DNA of 64,000 nucleotides from Trypanosoma brucei. Taxonomy: Eukaryota. Under the pieces are notes generated by a model that saw nothing but the letters and a program-made list of their open reading frames with translations, ran no database searches and was not told the origin of the DNA. The stretch is taken from NCBI GenBank assembly GCA_000002445.1, contig CM000208.1:832001-896000 (forward strand), written 5' to 3'. The translations under genes and the position numbers were made by a program. Below are positions 11,341 to 22,849 of the stretch, in pieces (the first letter of the stretch is position 1; each line of letters opens with the position of its first letter).

Positions 11341-12844
11341 TTATCTTTGCGTTGCTTCACATCATTCGTTGCGCGTAGTGTATGATTATTTATTTATATA
11401 TGATATATGTAAAGATGGGAAGGTGAAGGTGCCTGCTCGCGTTTTTCAAAGGAAAAAAAATAAATAAAAGGGAAGAGAACTTCAATTAACTTTTTTTCTC
11501 ATTTGTTCGTAAACCGTTTGCATTCATAGGGGGTTGCATGTGGCAGGTCACTAAAGATATGACGCAGGGAGAGAAAAAAAAAGGGGAAGGTTTGTATGTA
11601 AAACTGCTGAGGTGAAGGAAAGAAACTAAATTAATATTGAAAAGAGAGAAGCCTTAGGGGAAAAAGGGAATTGAGAGAGAGAGAGAGAGAGACAACTGAG
11701 AGATGAATTAATACTGGAAAGAAATACTACAAGCGTACACACACGTGCAAAGAAAAAAAAGAAAAAAAAGAAGGAAAGGTTCGTGGGTTAGAGTGATCAA
11801 CTCTGAAACCAGGGAGGCAACTGGGGAAAACGTGATTTACCTTTTTTTTTTTTTGTTTTCCCTTCCCACCATTTCTGTTTGTTAGCAGCAGTGGATTCAC
11901 CAAATGGTCACGGGAATCATAGTGTGAGTAGTGACAAAAAAAACGGATAAGAAAAAGAAAACAGATGAATCAAATGCAATTAGAAGAAAAAAAAAAGGCA
12001 AAGGTGAGAGGAAAGAACCATATTTGAGAAATACCATAAGTGATAATGTTGTGCATGGTTTATTCTTATTCTTCTTCCGTGGTTCCTCTTCTGTAAATAT
12101 GGAGGGTGATTAGTAACGAGAAAAGGGAAACATATGGAGTGACGGAGGAAAATGTGCGGAAGGGGGGTGTTTATATACATATATTATTTTGCTTTCGTTA
12201 GAGGTTCGCTCAAGAAGAGGATGAGTGACTTCAACTTTCACAATGTACACACGTTGCAATCGTTGTGTCTGATGATGTCACTTGGGGGGGGGTTTTAGGG
12301 AGAGGTGAGGAGAGGACGTGGACGAAAAAGAGTAGTGTTGCTTAACCACGGTGTTGGGTTACCCACTACCATAACTGTTCCCTTTTGTTTTGTTTTTGTG
12401 GTTTAGCCTCTTTACGCCCTTTTTTTTCCCCCTACTTTTTCATGTTCATTATTTTGTCCTGTATAATTTTTTTCCCCGTCGAGCACTAACTCGTGCATCC
12501 ATGTACATGTGTGTGCATGTGCATATATATATATATATATATATATTGTTAATTTATATACGGCAATAAATCCCTTAAGTACACGCTAATATGATGACTT
12601 GTCTTCTCTTTTAGTCCTTCCTGTTACCCAAATGTTTACGGCGACTTTTAGTGTTGCTGAGGGCCGTGTGTGTATACGTCTGTGTGTGTGTGCGTGTGAT
12701 CGAAAGGATGTTGAGAGGAAGATGATTAAGGGAATTGTAGTGTTTGATTTGTCCGGTTGTTGGGCTCCTCCATCTTTTTTCAGAAGCCCATACCTGAGGT
12801 AATTACAAAAGTGGGAGAGGGCTGGCACCACTGGGACACAAATA

Positions 12845-13099
12845 CACACACACACACACACACCTCGTACAAATACAACCACAAACGCCAATGTGAAGTT
12901 GACGGCATCCGAAGAGGCGTGAGATGGATATGAAGAGACTACCGTAATCATAGGTTTGTTTGTTTGTTTTTTTAGGTATGAATGTTCTTTTCCTTCTTCC
13001 ATTGCAGCGCTGTGTGTAGGTGAGGTGATGGAAACAGTCACCACGTGGTGTTTGTGTTTGTACGAGGTGTGTGTGTGTGCGTGTGTGTGTGTGTGTGTG
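12845..13099. repeat. (CA)n microsatellite (12845-12863) and inverted (GT)n microsatellite (13067-13099) flanking about 200 bp; a further GT-rich tract lies at 12668-12700
   Basis: Read directly. The two dinucleotide tracts are reverse complements on the same strand and could form a stem or cruciform. Confidence 0.8.
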
Positions 13100-13393
13100 C
13101 ATGAGGAGGAAGGAGGACACTTGGTTCCCGTGACAACGCACACATGAACCCCCTAACAGATTTTTTGTGTGTGCGCAAAAACGCAGGGACACTGTATGAA
13201 TTTTACTACATAAATATCATGAGCTCACTGTTTTTGTGCTTCACATTTCTTCCTTTTACTGTCTTTCCTCCATGAAACATGCATCCTTATTGTTGGAGCC
13301 TATTAACTTGCGTAATTTTCACTGCACTGCATCCCTCTACGTTTTGCAGGTTTTATACACCGTAGACATCTTGTTTTCTTACGCTGACGGAGC

Positions 13394-13858
13394 ATGTTGA
13401 GGCGTGTCCGTCCACTTCGCGCTTGGAACAACCGCCAACACAGTGATAGGGAGCGTGACCGCATTGCCCGGGAGCGGCAGCGGCATATTCTGTACGACAA
13501 CGCCGGTAATGTGAAGCTGTATGGTATCTTGTTTCTGTTGTGGGAGGAATTCCGTGTTCCCATTATTGCAGTAGCCACAGGTTTCTTTGTTTTGCTCGCA
13601 TATAATAAGATTGTGCTGTATTACTCCGCACGGCAGCTAGCTGGTGAGCGGGAGCTTGATCAAAAGAGCGAGTCGGAGGCGAGGCTTTCTGGAAAACTCA
13701 AGGGTGATCGTTATTTGATCAAACCGTGGCGACAAGTCGAGGACCCCGACTTTTTAAACATCCCATCATACGCAGGTAAGGGAGTGTACTCAAGCAAATT
13801 ATTTGAGGATGACGTGGCAAGCACCGACCCACTTTTCAGTGAGCGACGCCGAAACTGA
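13394..13858 (+). CDS. hypothetical small protein (154 aa) with an Arg-rich presequence-like N-terminus (MLRRVRPLRAW) and one predicted transmembrane helix; possibly mitochondrial
   Basis: ATG ORF. The N-terminus resembles a mitochondrial targeting sequence, and there is a hydrophobic segment ILFLLWEEFRVPIIAVATGFFVLLAY. No family assigned. Confidence 0.45.
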   Translation: MLRRVRPLRAWNNRQHSDRERDRIARERQRHILYDNAGNVKLYGILFLLWEEFRVPIIAVATGFFVLLAYNKIVLYYSARQLAGERELDQKSESEARLSGKLKGDRYLIKPWRQVEDPDFLNIPSYAGKGVYSSKLFEDDVASTDPLFSERRRN

Positions 13859-14546
13859 GCGTGTGTGAAGTCATTACGAAGGCAATGTGAAGGAGAAGTT
13901 GATGTGTGACCACATACGCAAATACAGTGGCGACGGGAACCATAACCAAGTGAGCACAGTTTCGCGTCTGTGCTGCCGTCCCGAATAAGTTATATCATCA
14001 TATCTGCTTACGATGTGTTGTGCAGGGATTTTTATTTGTTAAGTTTATAGCGGTATCAAATATCTGTTATTATTATTATTATTATTATCGTCATTTCATT
14101 CATCTTGGGTGTGACGGCGTGGACCTCCCGTACAATAACGGGAGGGGCGTGGGAATGACGGGGAGCTCCCTCGCCTTCCCACTCGTGGTCTTTATTTTCT
14201 TGGTGATTCCCGAGTTGTGCGCGTCAGTAGATCCGAGTATCGTTCGTTAGTTGTACATTTGCAACGTGTTCCTCACATTTGTTTTTTTTTCCGCACTTGT
14301 TGGCCGTAGAGGAGGAGTGTTTATGCCATTACGGGTACTTGTACGTTGCTTCACAGCAGCACTTTTCTACTTCCGCCCTCTAAGATGTAGGCCCCATGCG
14401 TTCATTCCTGTCTGCTGATTCATACACATTACCTCGATACCAATAAGATTGTCGTAACAGTTTCCAACATTTACTTTTTTTTTTTTGTTTTATTTTATTT
14501 TTACTGCATGATTTAAACAGAGAAGCACCATTGCGAAGAAGGACAG

Positions 14547-14795
14547 ATGCCCCGAGAGATCAAGAACCTCAAGGAGTTCCTCGCCATTTGCAGCCGTAAG
14601 GACGTCCGCTGTGTGAAGGTTAAGCACAACCCAAAGGTAACCAAATTCAAGGTACGCTGCAGCCGCTACCTTTACACCCTCGTGATGGCTGACAAAAAGA
14701 AGGCTGACAAGATCGAGCGGTCCATTCACCCGACTGTGAAGAAGATAACCGTCACTGCTCGCTCCCACGCCAAGAAGAACACACCAAGCAAGTAA
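14547..14795 (+). CDS. RPL38: 60S ribosomal protein L38 (eL38), with a short basic C-terminal extension
   Basis: [55 protein letters not shown] aligns along its length with eukaryotic RPL38 ([55 protein letters not shown]). Confidence 0.9.
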   Translation: MPREIKNLKEFLAICSRKDVRCVKVKHNPKVTKFKVRCSRYLYTLVMADKKKADKIERSIHPTVKKITVTARSHAKKNTPSK

Positions 14796-15230
14796 GTTGT
14801 ACGACTCCGTGCGCTGGGTGGAATTATAGGGGGATGAAGGAAGAGCCGAGCAAAGTTTCACAATGGAGTGCTTTTGTAACCATAACCCATGGACGGTTGC
14901 TCTTTCCTTCGTCACCAAGAAAGTGGCACGCTTCTCAATCAATAGTTGCTTCGTTTTTTCCTTTTCCGTACTTTTTTTTTGTTTCATTTGAAAAATGAGT
15001 ACATTACTGTATTCAATCCCCACATCCCCTTGTCGATGTGCCCCTCTCTGTTCGCCTACACCAAATGGGCAGTACTTGTGCATTTGGTGACGCTCTGTGT
15101 TACTCTCACCTGGCGTTTTTGTCATTTCTTTTTTTCTCCTTTTCCATTCAACTATGGAACATGCCGCCTTCGGGTTCGTTTTATTAAAGTGCAGCACACT
15201 TTCGCCCGCAGGAACAAGCGGGATTTTATT

Positions 15231-16052
15231 ATGCGCAGCCTCCGCTCAATTTGCGCTTCGGAGCCCCGGTGCTCGCGCTTTAATACTCATAGTTTTCGGT
15301 TGAGAGCGGCGGGCACGTCTCCGGGGGCGGGAGTCTCCGCGTCTCGAACCACCGACTGCGTTACTGCCCTATTCGACGTGGGCGTGGGATCTGTGGAGGA
15401 GATATTTTCATTGCCTGCACCTCAATTGCAGAAAAATTGTGGGGATGTAGTGGGGTCTGTGTTCCGGAAGGAACTGAAAAACGCGAGAGTTGGTAATCAA
15501 GACTTTAGCGAAGTACTGTGGATGGCAACGACACGCGGGGAATTGCTTTCGGATATCAGGAAGCTTTTTCGCCACGCCGGAGTCGAGGAAGCATATGCAG
15601 ATCCCAACGTAACTACTCACCCCTCAGGAGTGCCGATTGGTATCAGGGACGAGCATAATGGTTGGTATTCCCAACAGCCACATTATTCCCCTCCAGTTTT
15701 TCCTTCTACGGCAGCAGTATCTCCTCGCAGTCCATGGGCAGCAGGAATGGATGTGTTTAGTTACGCTTTTGCGTATGGTTTTTGGCAGCAGCGGCGGGAG
15801 TCGCTTCAGCTGGCGCACCATCAGATGCAGAAACTTTCTTCCGATATTCAATATGTCAAAGAAGCTTTGGATGGGGACCACCGAAATAGACTGAGGTTAA
15901 GCTTGAGGCTGTGGTGCATGTTTTTATTCCCTTTCTCCTTGTTGGTTCTCCTCCTTCTATCCACAGATCAAATTCTCTACGTTGCAGAACTGAAACGAGT
16001 TGGTTTGTGTGATTATGATGCGTGGCAGAGGCGCTACCCCAGAGGCCGTTAA
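15231..16052 (+). CDS. hypothetical protein, probably tail-anchored (C-terminal TM helix LWCMFLFPFSLLVLLLLS), about 273 aa
   Basis: The ORF-track N-terminus (14946-15230) is a phenylalanine-rich translation of the CT-rich spacer. The first plausible ATG is at 15231 (MRSLRSICAS). There is a single C-terminal hydrophobic anchor. Confidence 0.5.
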   Translation: MRSLRSICASEPRCSRFNTHSFRLRAAGTSPGAGVSASRTTDCVTALFDVGVGSVEEIFSLPAPQLQKNCGDVVGSVFRKELKNARVGNQDFSEVLWMATTRGELLSDIRKLFRHAGVEEAYADPNVTTHPSGVPIGIRDEHNGWYSQQPHYSPPVFPSTAAVSPRSPWAAGMDVFSYAFAYGFWQQRRESLQLAHHQMQKLSSDIQYVKEALDGDHRNRLRLSLRLWCMFLFPFSLLVLLLLSTDQILYVAELKRVGLCDYDAWQRRYPRGR

Positions 16053-16518
16053 TTCTTATACGAGGTGCATGTGTTTCAGTTTTTCACAGGCATAATGCAG
16101 AGAAATACCTTTGCCCACATCCCCAACAATTGTTGTTGTCGCAGGCGACGGCGGTGTGGAGACAAAAGTTCTCCCACCATCTTTTTCACCTTTTACAATT
16201 ATTCGTGACGCTCATGTGTGATGTGCGGTTGTACACAGTTTCTCGTCGACGGATGTGGGTCCAACGTTTGAGTGTTGCGCGCACATGTGAGTCCATGGAA
16301 TAACAACGATGTCGTCTAAATATGGTGGAACTCAGTGCATATCTGAGTTATGTCTGCTCCACGGATTTCGAACGTGTGGACGCGTACGTTTAGGTCTGTA
16401 TACGTTCTGTAAATTTAGCTTTCTTTGGCCTCTTCCTTTCCTTCGGCGCATTTCTCTCTCCCTCTCCCTATATGGTAATGTCAATAGTAGGTTTTGACTA
16501 AGAGCTGGTGCCTACGGG

Positions 16519-18144
16519 ATGACAGAGGTAGCCGTTGATTGTTTCCCGACTCCAACCGTCAGCAGCCACAGTTTATCCAACGAAGTGAACAACAACGGGC
16601 GTGGTGGAGTGTCCTCTGGTGGCATGGTAGCGGTGGAAGACAAAGTGGCGCTGTTGCTGGCCGGTGCGAGGAAGTTGCTTGAGGAACCAACACCATCATT
16701 ATCGTGTCATGCCGAAGAGGTGTTGCCATGTGATGATGAGGAGGAGTGCCGACGCCGCTTGCGGTTTCTAGAGGCAGCCCATGCTTTTGTGGAGCAACAA
16801 CATGTAACTCAGAGGTATTTGAAGCGGGCTGTGGTTTCCTCACGATCAATAGGTGTGAACGCATGGACCAGCGAACAGACGCGAGGGGGCTTGCCTCACT
16901 GTTCAGCACGCGACTTGCCAGCAGTCGCTGTTATGATAGATGGGGAGCTAACTGATTGTGAAACTGAGGAGTGCCCAACAAGACACAACTTGTGCTTTTC
17001 CACTGTCTTACACATAAAGCCACGCGGTTTGTGGGCGAAGGACGCGGCTGTGCGGCGTCAGGGTCAGTACTGTAAGCAGTGCTTGGATCCGTTACACAGG
17101 TATAAGATCCCTCTTCCTGTGTGGAAGGAGGCTCGTTTTTGTTATTTCACTGGGATGTACTACTGTAATATGTGTAACTCTAGCCGCTATTCGGTGATTC
17201 CTGCGTTTGTTTTGAAGAAGTGGGATTTTAAACCGCGACCAGTGTGCAACGACGCGTATGAATTCTTGAAGTATCACCATAAGCATCCAATTTATCGCGT
17301 GTGTGCTCTTAATCCACGACTATACGAGCGAGTGGCACTGCTGCGGGTGGCCCGGAACCTGCGATCGCAGTTGATGAAATTGCGTGATGTGGGCATGAAG
17401 TGTGCTGTGCTGCGTCACCTTCTCTACCTTCACGACGCTCCTGTCGAACTTGAAAGGGACAGCAATCGTCGCCCCTCCAGAACCACAACCAACGCCTCAG
17501 CTACCAACCATGTAGCCACCTTTGTTGCCAGTGATGGTGATGCCGCCTCGTTTGCCGCTGATTGCTACGTGCCACGCACCCGGCGGTATTTATTGGAGAA
17601 CTGTGAACTTTGGTCATTATCTGACCTTGAGGATGTACGCCGTGGGCAGTTGTTGTTCCGTCAGGAGAGCGCTGGGCGCACAATGGCTTTTATAAAAGAT
17701 ACTTCCCTTATCTCGCAGTTGGCGGCATACAGCAAAGGTACAGCCGCTTTGTGTGGTGAATGCGATACGACTGTTTACCTCAAGCAAGTGCGATCTCGAA
17801 TTTTACGGCACATTCTTGTACACAGTTGTGCGACTTGCCTTGTTAATAGTGTTGACGTGTGTAGCATCTGTTGCCCTGCGGAGGTGGCTCAAAAGTTAGA
17901 GTGCATTAATGAGCAAACTCGAGGAGGTACACCGTTCGGAACCTGTGAGCATTTTTTTGGCTCGTTGATCAAAGATGTTTCAGTGTTGCCTTTTCTTGTT
18001 TATGTTTTCGACACATTGCATGTGTTCTGTTGCACCGGGTGTGGTAGTGCTTATCACAGACGCTGTTTTAAGGAAATGCAACATACCAAGGGCGATTTAA
18101 CATGCTGCCCGCGCTGCAGAGCAACACAGTTGATAAAAGAGTGA
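16519..18144 (+). CDS. Rubicon-homology (RH) domain / DEF8-like cysteine-rich zinc-finger protein, 541 aa
   Basis: FCYFTGMYYCNMCNSSRYSVIPAFVLKKWDFKPRPVCNDAYEFL matches the DEF8/Rubicon/PLEKHM1 RH-domain core ([44 protein letters not shown]). The C-terminal Cys/His cluster (CATCLV...CSICCP...CCTGCGSAYHRRCF...CCPRCRA) matches the RH zinc fingers. Confidence 0.8.
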   Translation: MTEVAVDCFPTPTVSSHSLSNEVNNNGRGGVSSGGMVAVEDKVALLLAGARKLLEEPTPSLSCHAEEVLPCDDEEECRRRLRFLEAAHAFVEQQHVTQRYLKRAVVSSRSIGVNAWTSEQTRGGLPHCSARDLPAVAVMIDGELTDCETEECPTRHNLCFSTVLHIKPRGLWAKDAAVRRQGQYCKQCLDPLHRYKIPLPVWKEARFCYFTGMYYCNMCNSSRYSVIPAFVLKKWDFKPRPVCNDAYEFLKYHHKHPIYRVCALNPRLYERVALLRVARNLRSQLMKLRDVGMKCAVLRHLLYLHDAPVELERDSNRRPSRTTTNASATNHVATFVASDGDAASFAADCYVPRTRRYLLENCELWSLSDLEDVRRGQLLFRQESAGRTMAFIKDTSLISQLAAYSKGTAALCGECDTTVYLKQVRSRILRHILVHSCATCLVNSVDVCSICCPAEVAQKLECINEQTRGGTPFGTCEHFFGSLIKDVSVLPFLVYVFDTLHVFCCTGCGSAYHRRCFKEMQHTKGDLTCCPRCRATQLIKE

Positions 18145-19198
18145 AAAAGTCTTGATGCCGATGCTGATGCGGGCGATTTCTGCCACCTGACTATGCCACC
18201 TCGCGCAACGCGGTGTGAAAGCAAGGGGGATGCTGTGGTGGCTTCTGCTATTTGTTTATTTGTATCAACTGTATTTTGTTTATTCTTTATTATTTGTTTT
18301 ATTATATATATATATATATTTATTTATTTATTTAAAAATTGCACGATTGTTATTTTACAATTATCATTGCGAGAGAGGAACTGAGGTGTGTGTGTGTGTG
18401 TGTGCCATAGGGAAGGAATGGCCGTGGTAGTTGTGAGCGTCGATTCTGTGGTGACCCCGTGGGCCACGAAAGCGTTACATTTGAAAGCTTTTTATTTTTT
18501 TTTCTTCGTCCCTACTCTCACCATGTATTTTGTGGGAATACTGTTGGGTCCATGAAGAAACATGTGCATTGTTAACGTTGATGTGAGTGGAAATATTGAG
18601 ATTTGGCAATGACAATCATTATTGCTGTTACTTTCTTGTCTTATTCTTTGTTGTTACTGCAGCCATTACCGTTACCTTCCACGGTGAAGGAATTATCTTT
18701 AATGGTGCTTCGTGCTAATTCGATTGCCACGGCGGGTCATTTCACCCTGCCGATCTTCCTTTGATGTAGCGGTCGTTTACTGCCATAGTTTCTGTTCGTG
18801 TGAGGACCGCTGTTGTGCACCCAGTGGGTGTTCACTCAGTAACCCCTTTTGTGACCCTCGATTATTTGTGTCACGCAGTTGCGTGACACCCCCTCCGCCC
18901 TCAATTAAATTGTTACCTAATGCGGCACCAGTTAAACTTTTGTTCTTTCTCCGTCTCGTATATTCCACACCCCCATCTCTTCCCCTTATATTCTCTACTT
19001 TCTTTTTTGTTGTTCTTTTACCTTCATCTTCCACCTAGTGGGTAGTGACCAAAAACATATTGTAGTAGCGCCACTCATACCGGTGGCGGCGGGAAACGTT
19101 GTTAACTAAGTGTCATATTAGTTCCCTCTAGTGGATACCTGGAATTGGCGCACGGCCATTTCTACTGCTTTGTCTAATTTGCCACCTCACACCACGCC

Positions 19199-22039
19199 AT
19201 GAGTACCGAGAACGAGGGCGAATCAAAAGAAAACCCCTCGTATCTCACTGTAGAATTAGAGCATGTCGGCCATGTCTCCATCGATGCAATTGAGCACCAC
19301 TACATGGAGTTGCAAAAGGAACTAGCGATGGAGCCACATTTGCGACCACTGCGTGAGGAATATGAGAAGATCCACCGCCTCCTCCGTAAAAGTCACGATG
19401 GGGAGAAGCGCTTGATGGCAAAGATAAAGGAATTAGATCATGACTTGATTACACATGCGGCGAACGTTGAAAGTGCGCTGAAACTCGCTCGGCAAGATGA
19501 GGACGTGATTGAGGCCCTGAGGAGGGAAATAGAAAAGGCCTGGTCACTTGCTGACAGCGCGCATGCTCGTGAAAAGGAAACGCGGGAACAAATACAGGAG
19601 TTGCGCCAGCAGGTGGTGCGTCTTAATGGGTTAGTGGATAAAAACACAAGCAGTACATTGGGACAGGAAAACTTTCTCCGCGATCTTATTAAGGCGAAGA
19701 AAGAGTTTGAAAACGAGCGTCTAATGGCACAAGCTAAGGCGGAGCGGCTCGTGGATGAACGGCTATTTGCTCAGAGGAAGATGCACAAACTGCGAGAGGA
19801 TAGTGAATGTGTGCGGCATAGCCTTGAGAACACGCTCAAGAACTATGAAGGCTGTCTACGTAACCTCTCCGATACCAAACGGGATCGCGAGAGTCTGGAG
19901 CAGCAGGTGCGGGAGTACCGTGTAGAAGCGGATGAACATTTGAAAGAGATAGCAAGCGTCCGTCAATCGGTGGCCGAGTTAGCAAAAGAGGAGGAAAAGC
20001 TGAAAGCACTTGCGCTTTCAGAACGGGATTCTGTGGGGCAATTAGCTAAGCAATTGGAAGAACAACAGGACCGATTTAAGAAAGAGGCTGACAAACTTGC
20101 CGCTGTTGAGGCGCACAATGCAGAAATGAAGCAGGAGATACCAAAGATGAGAATGACGCTAAAGGGCCGGCATGCAGAGGTGGAGCGACTTGCCTTATCC
20201 TTACGAAAGGCTCGTAAAGGAGCCGGGGTCCAGCAGACCGAAATAGACAAGCAGATGCAGACGAGGGCTTCGCTGATGGAACAAACGGAGAAAATGCACA
20301 CCGCTATTGAAGAGCTTCTGCGTACATTAGACGACCACGTCAAAGCGTTGCATGATGAAGAGGTCCGATTGAAGGGAGCCATGCCCATAAAAACAAAACT
20401 CCTCACTGAAAATTCGCGCGTTGATAGTGAGAAGGCTATGATGGAGGGCCAGCGGATGCTGGAAGAGGGTAAGCGACGTAACTTAACCCAACAACTAGAA
20501 AAACTTCTTCGGGATAACGAAACAATGCGAAAGAAAATATTTGAACTGGAACAAAATCAGGCGAAAATCCTTGACAATGGACAGCGAGAGGCTTTGCAGT
20601 ATCATCGGGTGCTTGAGCAAACACGTAAGCAACAAGGACAGGCTAAGTTACTGCAGCAGCAGTTGGAGGACAATGAAAAGCGTCTTAAAGCGCAACAGGA
20701 TTTGCTTGACCGAGTCTCCGCAGACCGCGCACGAACGGAAAAGCGGTTGAAGGAAAGTGAACTTGAGTGTTCTGGGTTGAAGCAGCGGTATAATCACAAT
20801 GGGGAGGAGATTCAGTTGTTGAAGATGCAAATTATAGGCAAGGAGGGCGCACTTTGCCGCATTCATATGGTACGCAAGCAACTTCAGCGTGACATCGCCA
20901 ATGCTGAGGAGCGCGCAAGCCACCTGAAGGAAGACGGTACGAGCGCTACCAACCGCTACGAGACGCTAAAGGGAGAGGTAAAGCAACTCAGTCACTTAAT
21001 AGCCGAGTGTGACGCAGAGAAGAGTAAGTACCAATCTAAATTTGCTGCACTTGTTAACGAACGGAATGTACTTGCTACCCAGTTGGTTCGTCGTAACGAA
21101 GAGCTGCGCCTCCTCCACAGCAAAATACGTTTGCAGGAGTGTAGTATTGAAAAAGGTGCGGAGGACTACAACAAGCGTGTGCGGGCTGTGATGGGGAAGC
21201 GAAGTGAACTTGAAGAGCTGCGACTGCGTTGTCGAGTTGCCCTTGCCCGCATGCTTCACGCGGAAAAACTGAGACGGCGAAAACAAAAAATCGAGCGTGA
21301 CCTCTTTACTGAAAAGCGTCGCTCTCGTGCCCTCGCTGACGAGCTTCAACGTCCTGTAAATGTGCACCGATGGCGGCGACTTGAAGGCAATGCCCCCGAG
21401 ATTCTCGACGGCATTTACAAAGTTCACACTCTAGAACGACAGATACTTAAGAAACAAGATTTGCTCGTGGAAAAGACAAAACAATTGGCTGCTCGCAATG
21501 CAGAATATGAGACTGTTAGGAAAAAGCTTGCCGAACTTCAAGGCCCGGAGGTAGCGGGGGAGTTGAGCTTATATGACGAAAACTTGCAATGTCGTCGCGA
21601 ACAAATACGGGGTCTTGACACCGAACTTCAGGAGGTTGAACAGCACGTGGACGTAGTGGCTGAGGAAGTGAAGCAACTGACAGTAGAGTTATGTGAGGTA
21701 AAGCGGCGGTATTATAATGCGAAGCATAAGAATGACCTGCTCCGCCGTGAGCAAGGTGCTTTCCGCGCCATGTGGGGTGGGTCTTCAGCGGTCGCTAGGA
21801 CTGCACTCGCCGCAATCGAAAACGCTTCGGAGCGCCGGCAGCTCCAGCAACAAGGATCAATTTCCAGTCGTCGGCAACCGCTATGGCGCACGCGGGCGCA
21901 AAAGCGCCGCGAGCAAATTAAACAGGAGGAACAAATCGTTCAGGTACTATCGACTGGTGCACCAGCGCCAAGTTTTCCTCTTCAAGTCCCACCAGGTCAG
22001 CGCATTTTCTTGGGGGGTGGTTTTGCGCTAACTCGGTGA
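19199..22039 (+). CDS. large coiled-coil protein (946 aa), probably cytoskeletal or flagellum/basal-body associated
   Basis: Heptad-rich E/K/R/L/Q composition continues for about 850 aa (strings like LKEIASVRQSVAELAKEEEKLKAL). No enzymatic motifs. Confidence 0.75.
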   Translation: MSTENEGESKENPSYLTVELEHVGHVSIDAIEHHYMELQKELAMEPHLRPLREEYEKIHRLLRKSHDGEKRLMAKIKELDHDLITHAANVESALKLARQDEDVIEALRREIEKAWSLADSAHAREKETREQIQELRQQVVRLNGLVDKNTSSTLGQENFLRDLIKAKKEFENERLMAQAKAERLVDERLFAQRKMHKLREDSECVRHSLENTLKNYEGCLRNLSDTKRDRESLEQQVREYRVEADEHLKEIASVRQSVAELAKEEEKLKALALSERDSVGQLAKQLEEQQDRFKKEADKLAAVEAHNAEMKQEIPKMRMTLKGRHAEVERLALSLRKARKGAGVQQTEIDKQMQTRASLMEQTEKMHTAIEELLRTLDDHVKALHDEEVRLKGAMPIKTKLLTENSRVDSEKAMMEGQRMLEEGKRRNLTQQLEKLLRDNETMRKKIFELEQNQAKILDNGQREALQYHRVLEQTRKQQGQAKLLQQQLEDNEKRLKAQQDLLDRVSADRARTEKRLKESELECSGLKQRYNHNGEEIQLLKMQIIGKEGALCRIHMVRKQLQRDIANAEERASHLKEDGTSATNRYETLKGEVKQLSHLIAECDAEKSKYQSKFAALVNERNVLATQLVRRNEELRLLHSKIRLQECSIEKGAEDYNKRVRAVMGKRSELEELRLRCRVALARMLHAEKLRRRKQKIERDLFTEKRRSRALADELQRPVNVHRWRRLEGNAPEILDGIYKVHTLERQILKKQDLLVEKTKQLAARNAEYETVRKKLAELQGPEVAGELSLYDENLQCRREQIRGLDTELQEVEQHVDVVAEEVKQLTVELCEVKRRYYNAKHKNDLLRREQGAFRAMWGGSSAVARTALAAIENASERRQLQQQGSISSRRQPLWRTRAQKRREQIKQEEQIVQVLSTGAPAPSFPLQVPPGQRIFLGGGFALTR

Positions 22040-22849
22040 CTTTGCTCTGCTTGTTTCACATCGTCGGGTAAAGGATGTGTGTAGAGAGTTTGTGAATGCT
22101 GTGGTGTTGTTCCTGCGTCTTATGTGTGAAAAATAGGCGTGGAAATGTGAGACTGGCGGGGCTCCCTAGTGTAATTATTGTATGAGTGACTGAGGGCATA
22201 TACAGAGGAGGCGAGGAAGTCAGCGGAGTGGATGAGACCCAAGCAACGAAAATGTCGTGCGATGATTATTCTCTCCCATTTTAATGTCCAACAGTAGTAG
22301 ACTATTCAGCTTTCAATGTATGCAATTTTTTTGTTGTTTTTTTTGTTGTGTCTCCTTCCTTGTTATCTTCGTTGGACCTGACGAATGGTGGGAGGGAGCC
22401 TGCGGAACATGAGGCGCACCCGTTCGTCCACTTGTCGCTGAAACCAAATTGGTATGTATATTACAGGGAGGGGGGAGAAAGGTGAGAGGTGTTGTTTTGT
22501 TAGCAGTCGTTGAGAAGGGTGTCGTCGTATACAGAATTATATAATATATATACATATATATATATATATTATGTATGGGAAGCATATACTTGTATTTACT
22601 GTGAGTGTATTGTGGACGTGTGTTGTGCGGTTCCTTTTGAACTTTTTTCTGGCGTAGGCGGCCATTCTGCCTTTTGTATTCCCCCCCTTCCTCTTCACCA
22701 AATTTTTACTACAACACCGAAAGGAAAAAAATAATTATTATTGGACGACGTAAGTCAAATGGCGGACTCAAATATTTTTGCATACCCTGTGCATGTGATT
22801 TATTATTATTTCGTCTTTCTATCCCAATATGACGTTTATATAGAATGCG

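Noticed and set aside
14490-15197. 235-aa minus-strand ORF, and many other minus-strand ORFs (for example 9972-10448, 19963-20406, 20996-21427, 24962-25471, 36785-37213, 37191-37721, 41379-41954, 42216-42818, 57046-57618, 59482-59946)
   Set aside because: Each lies fully inside or antisense to a + strand gene with clear homology (RPL38, ACS, coiled-coil, DDRGK, TLDc and others). They have no homology signal of their own and are expected shadow ORFs in GC-rich coding DNA. A trypanosome polycistronic unit does not carry opposite-strand genes interleaved.
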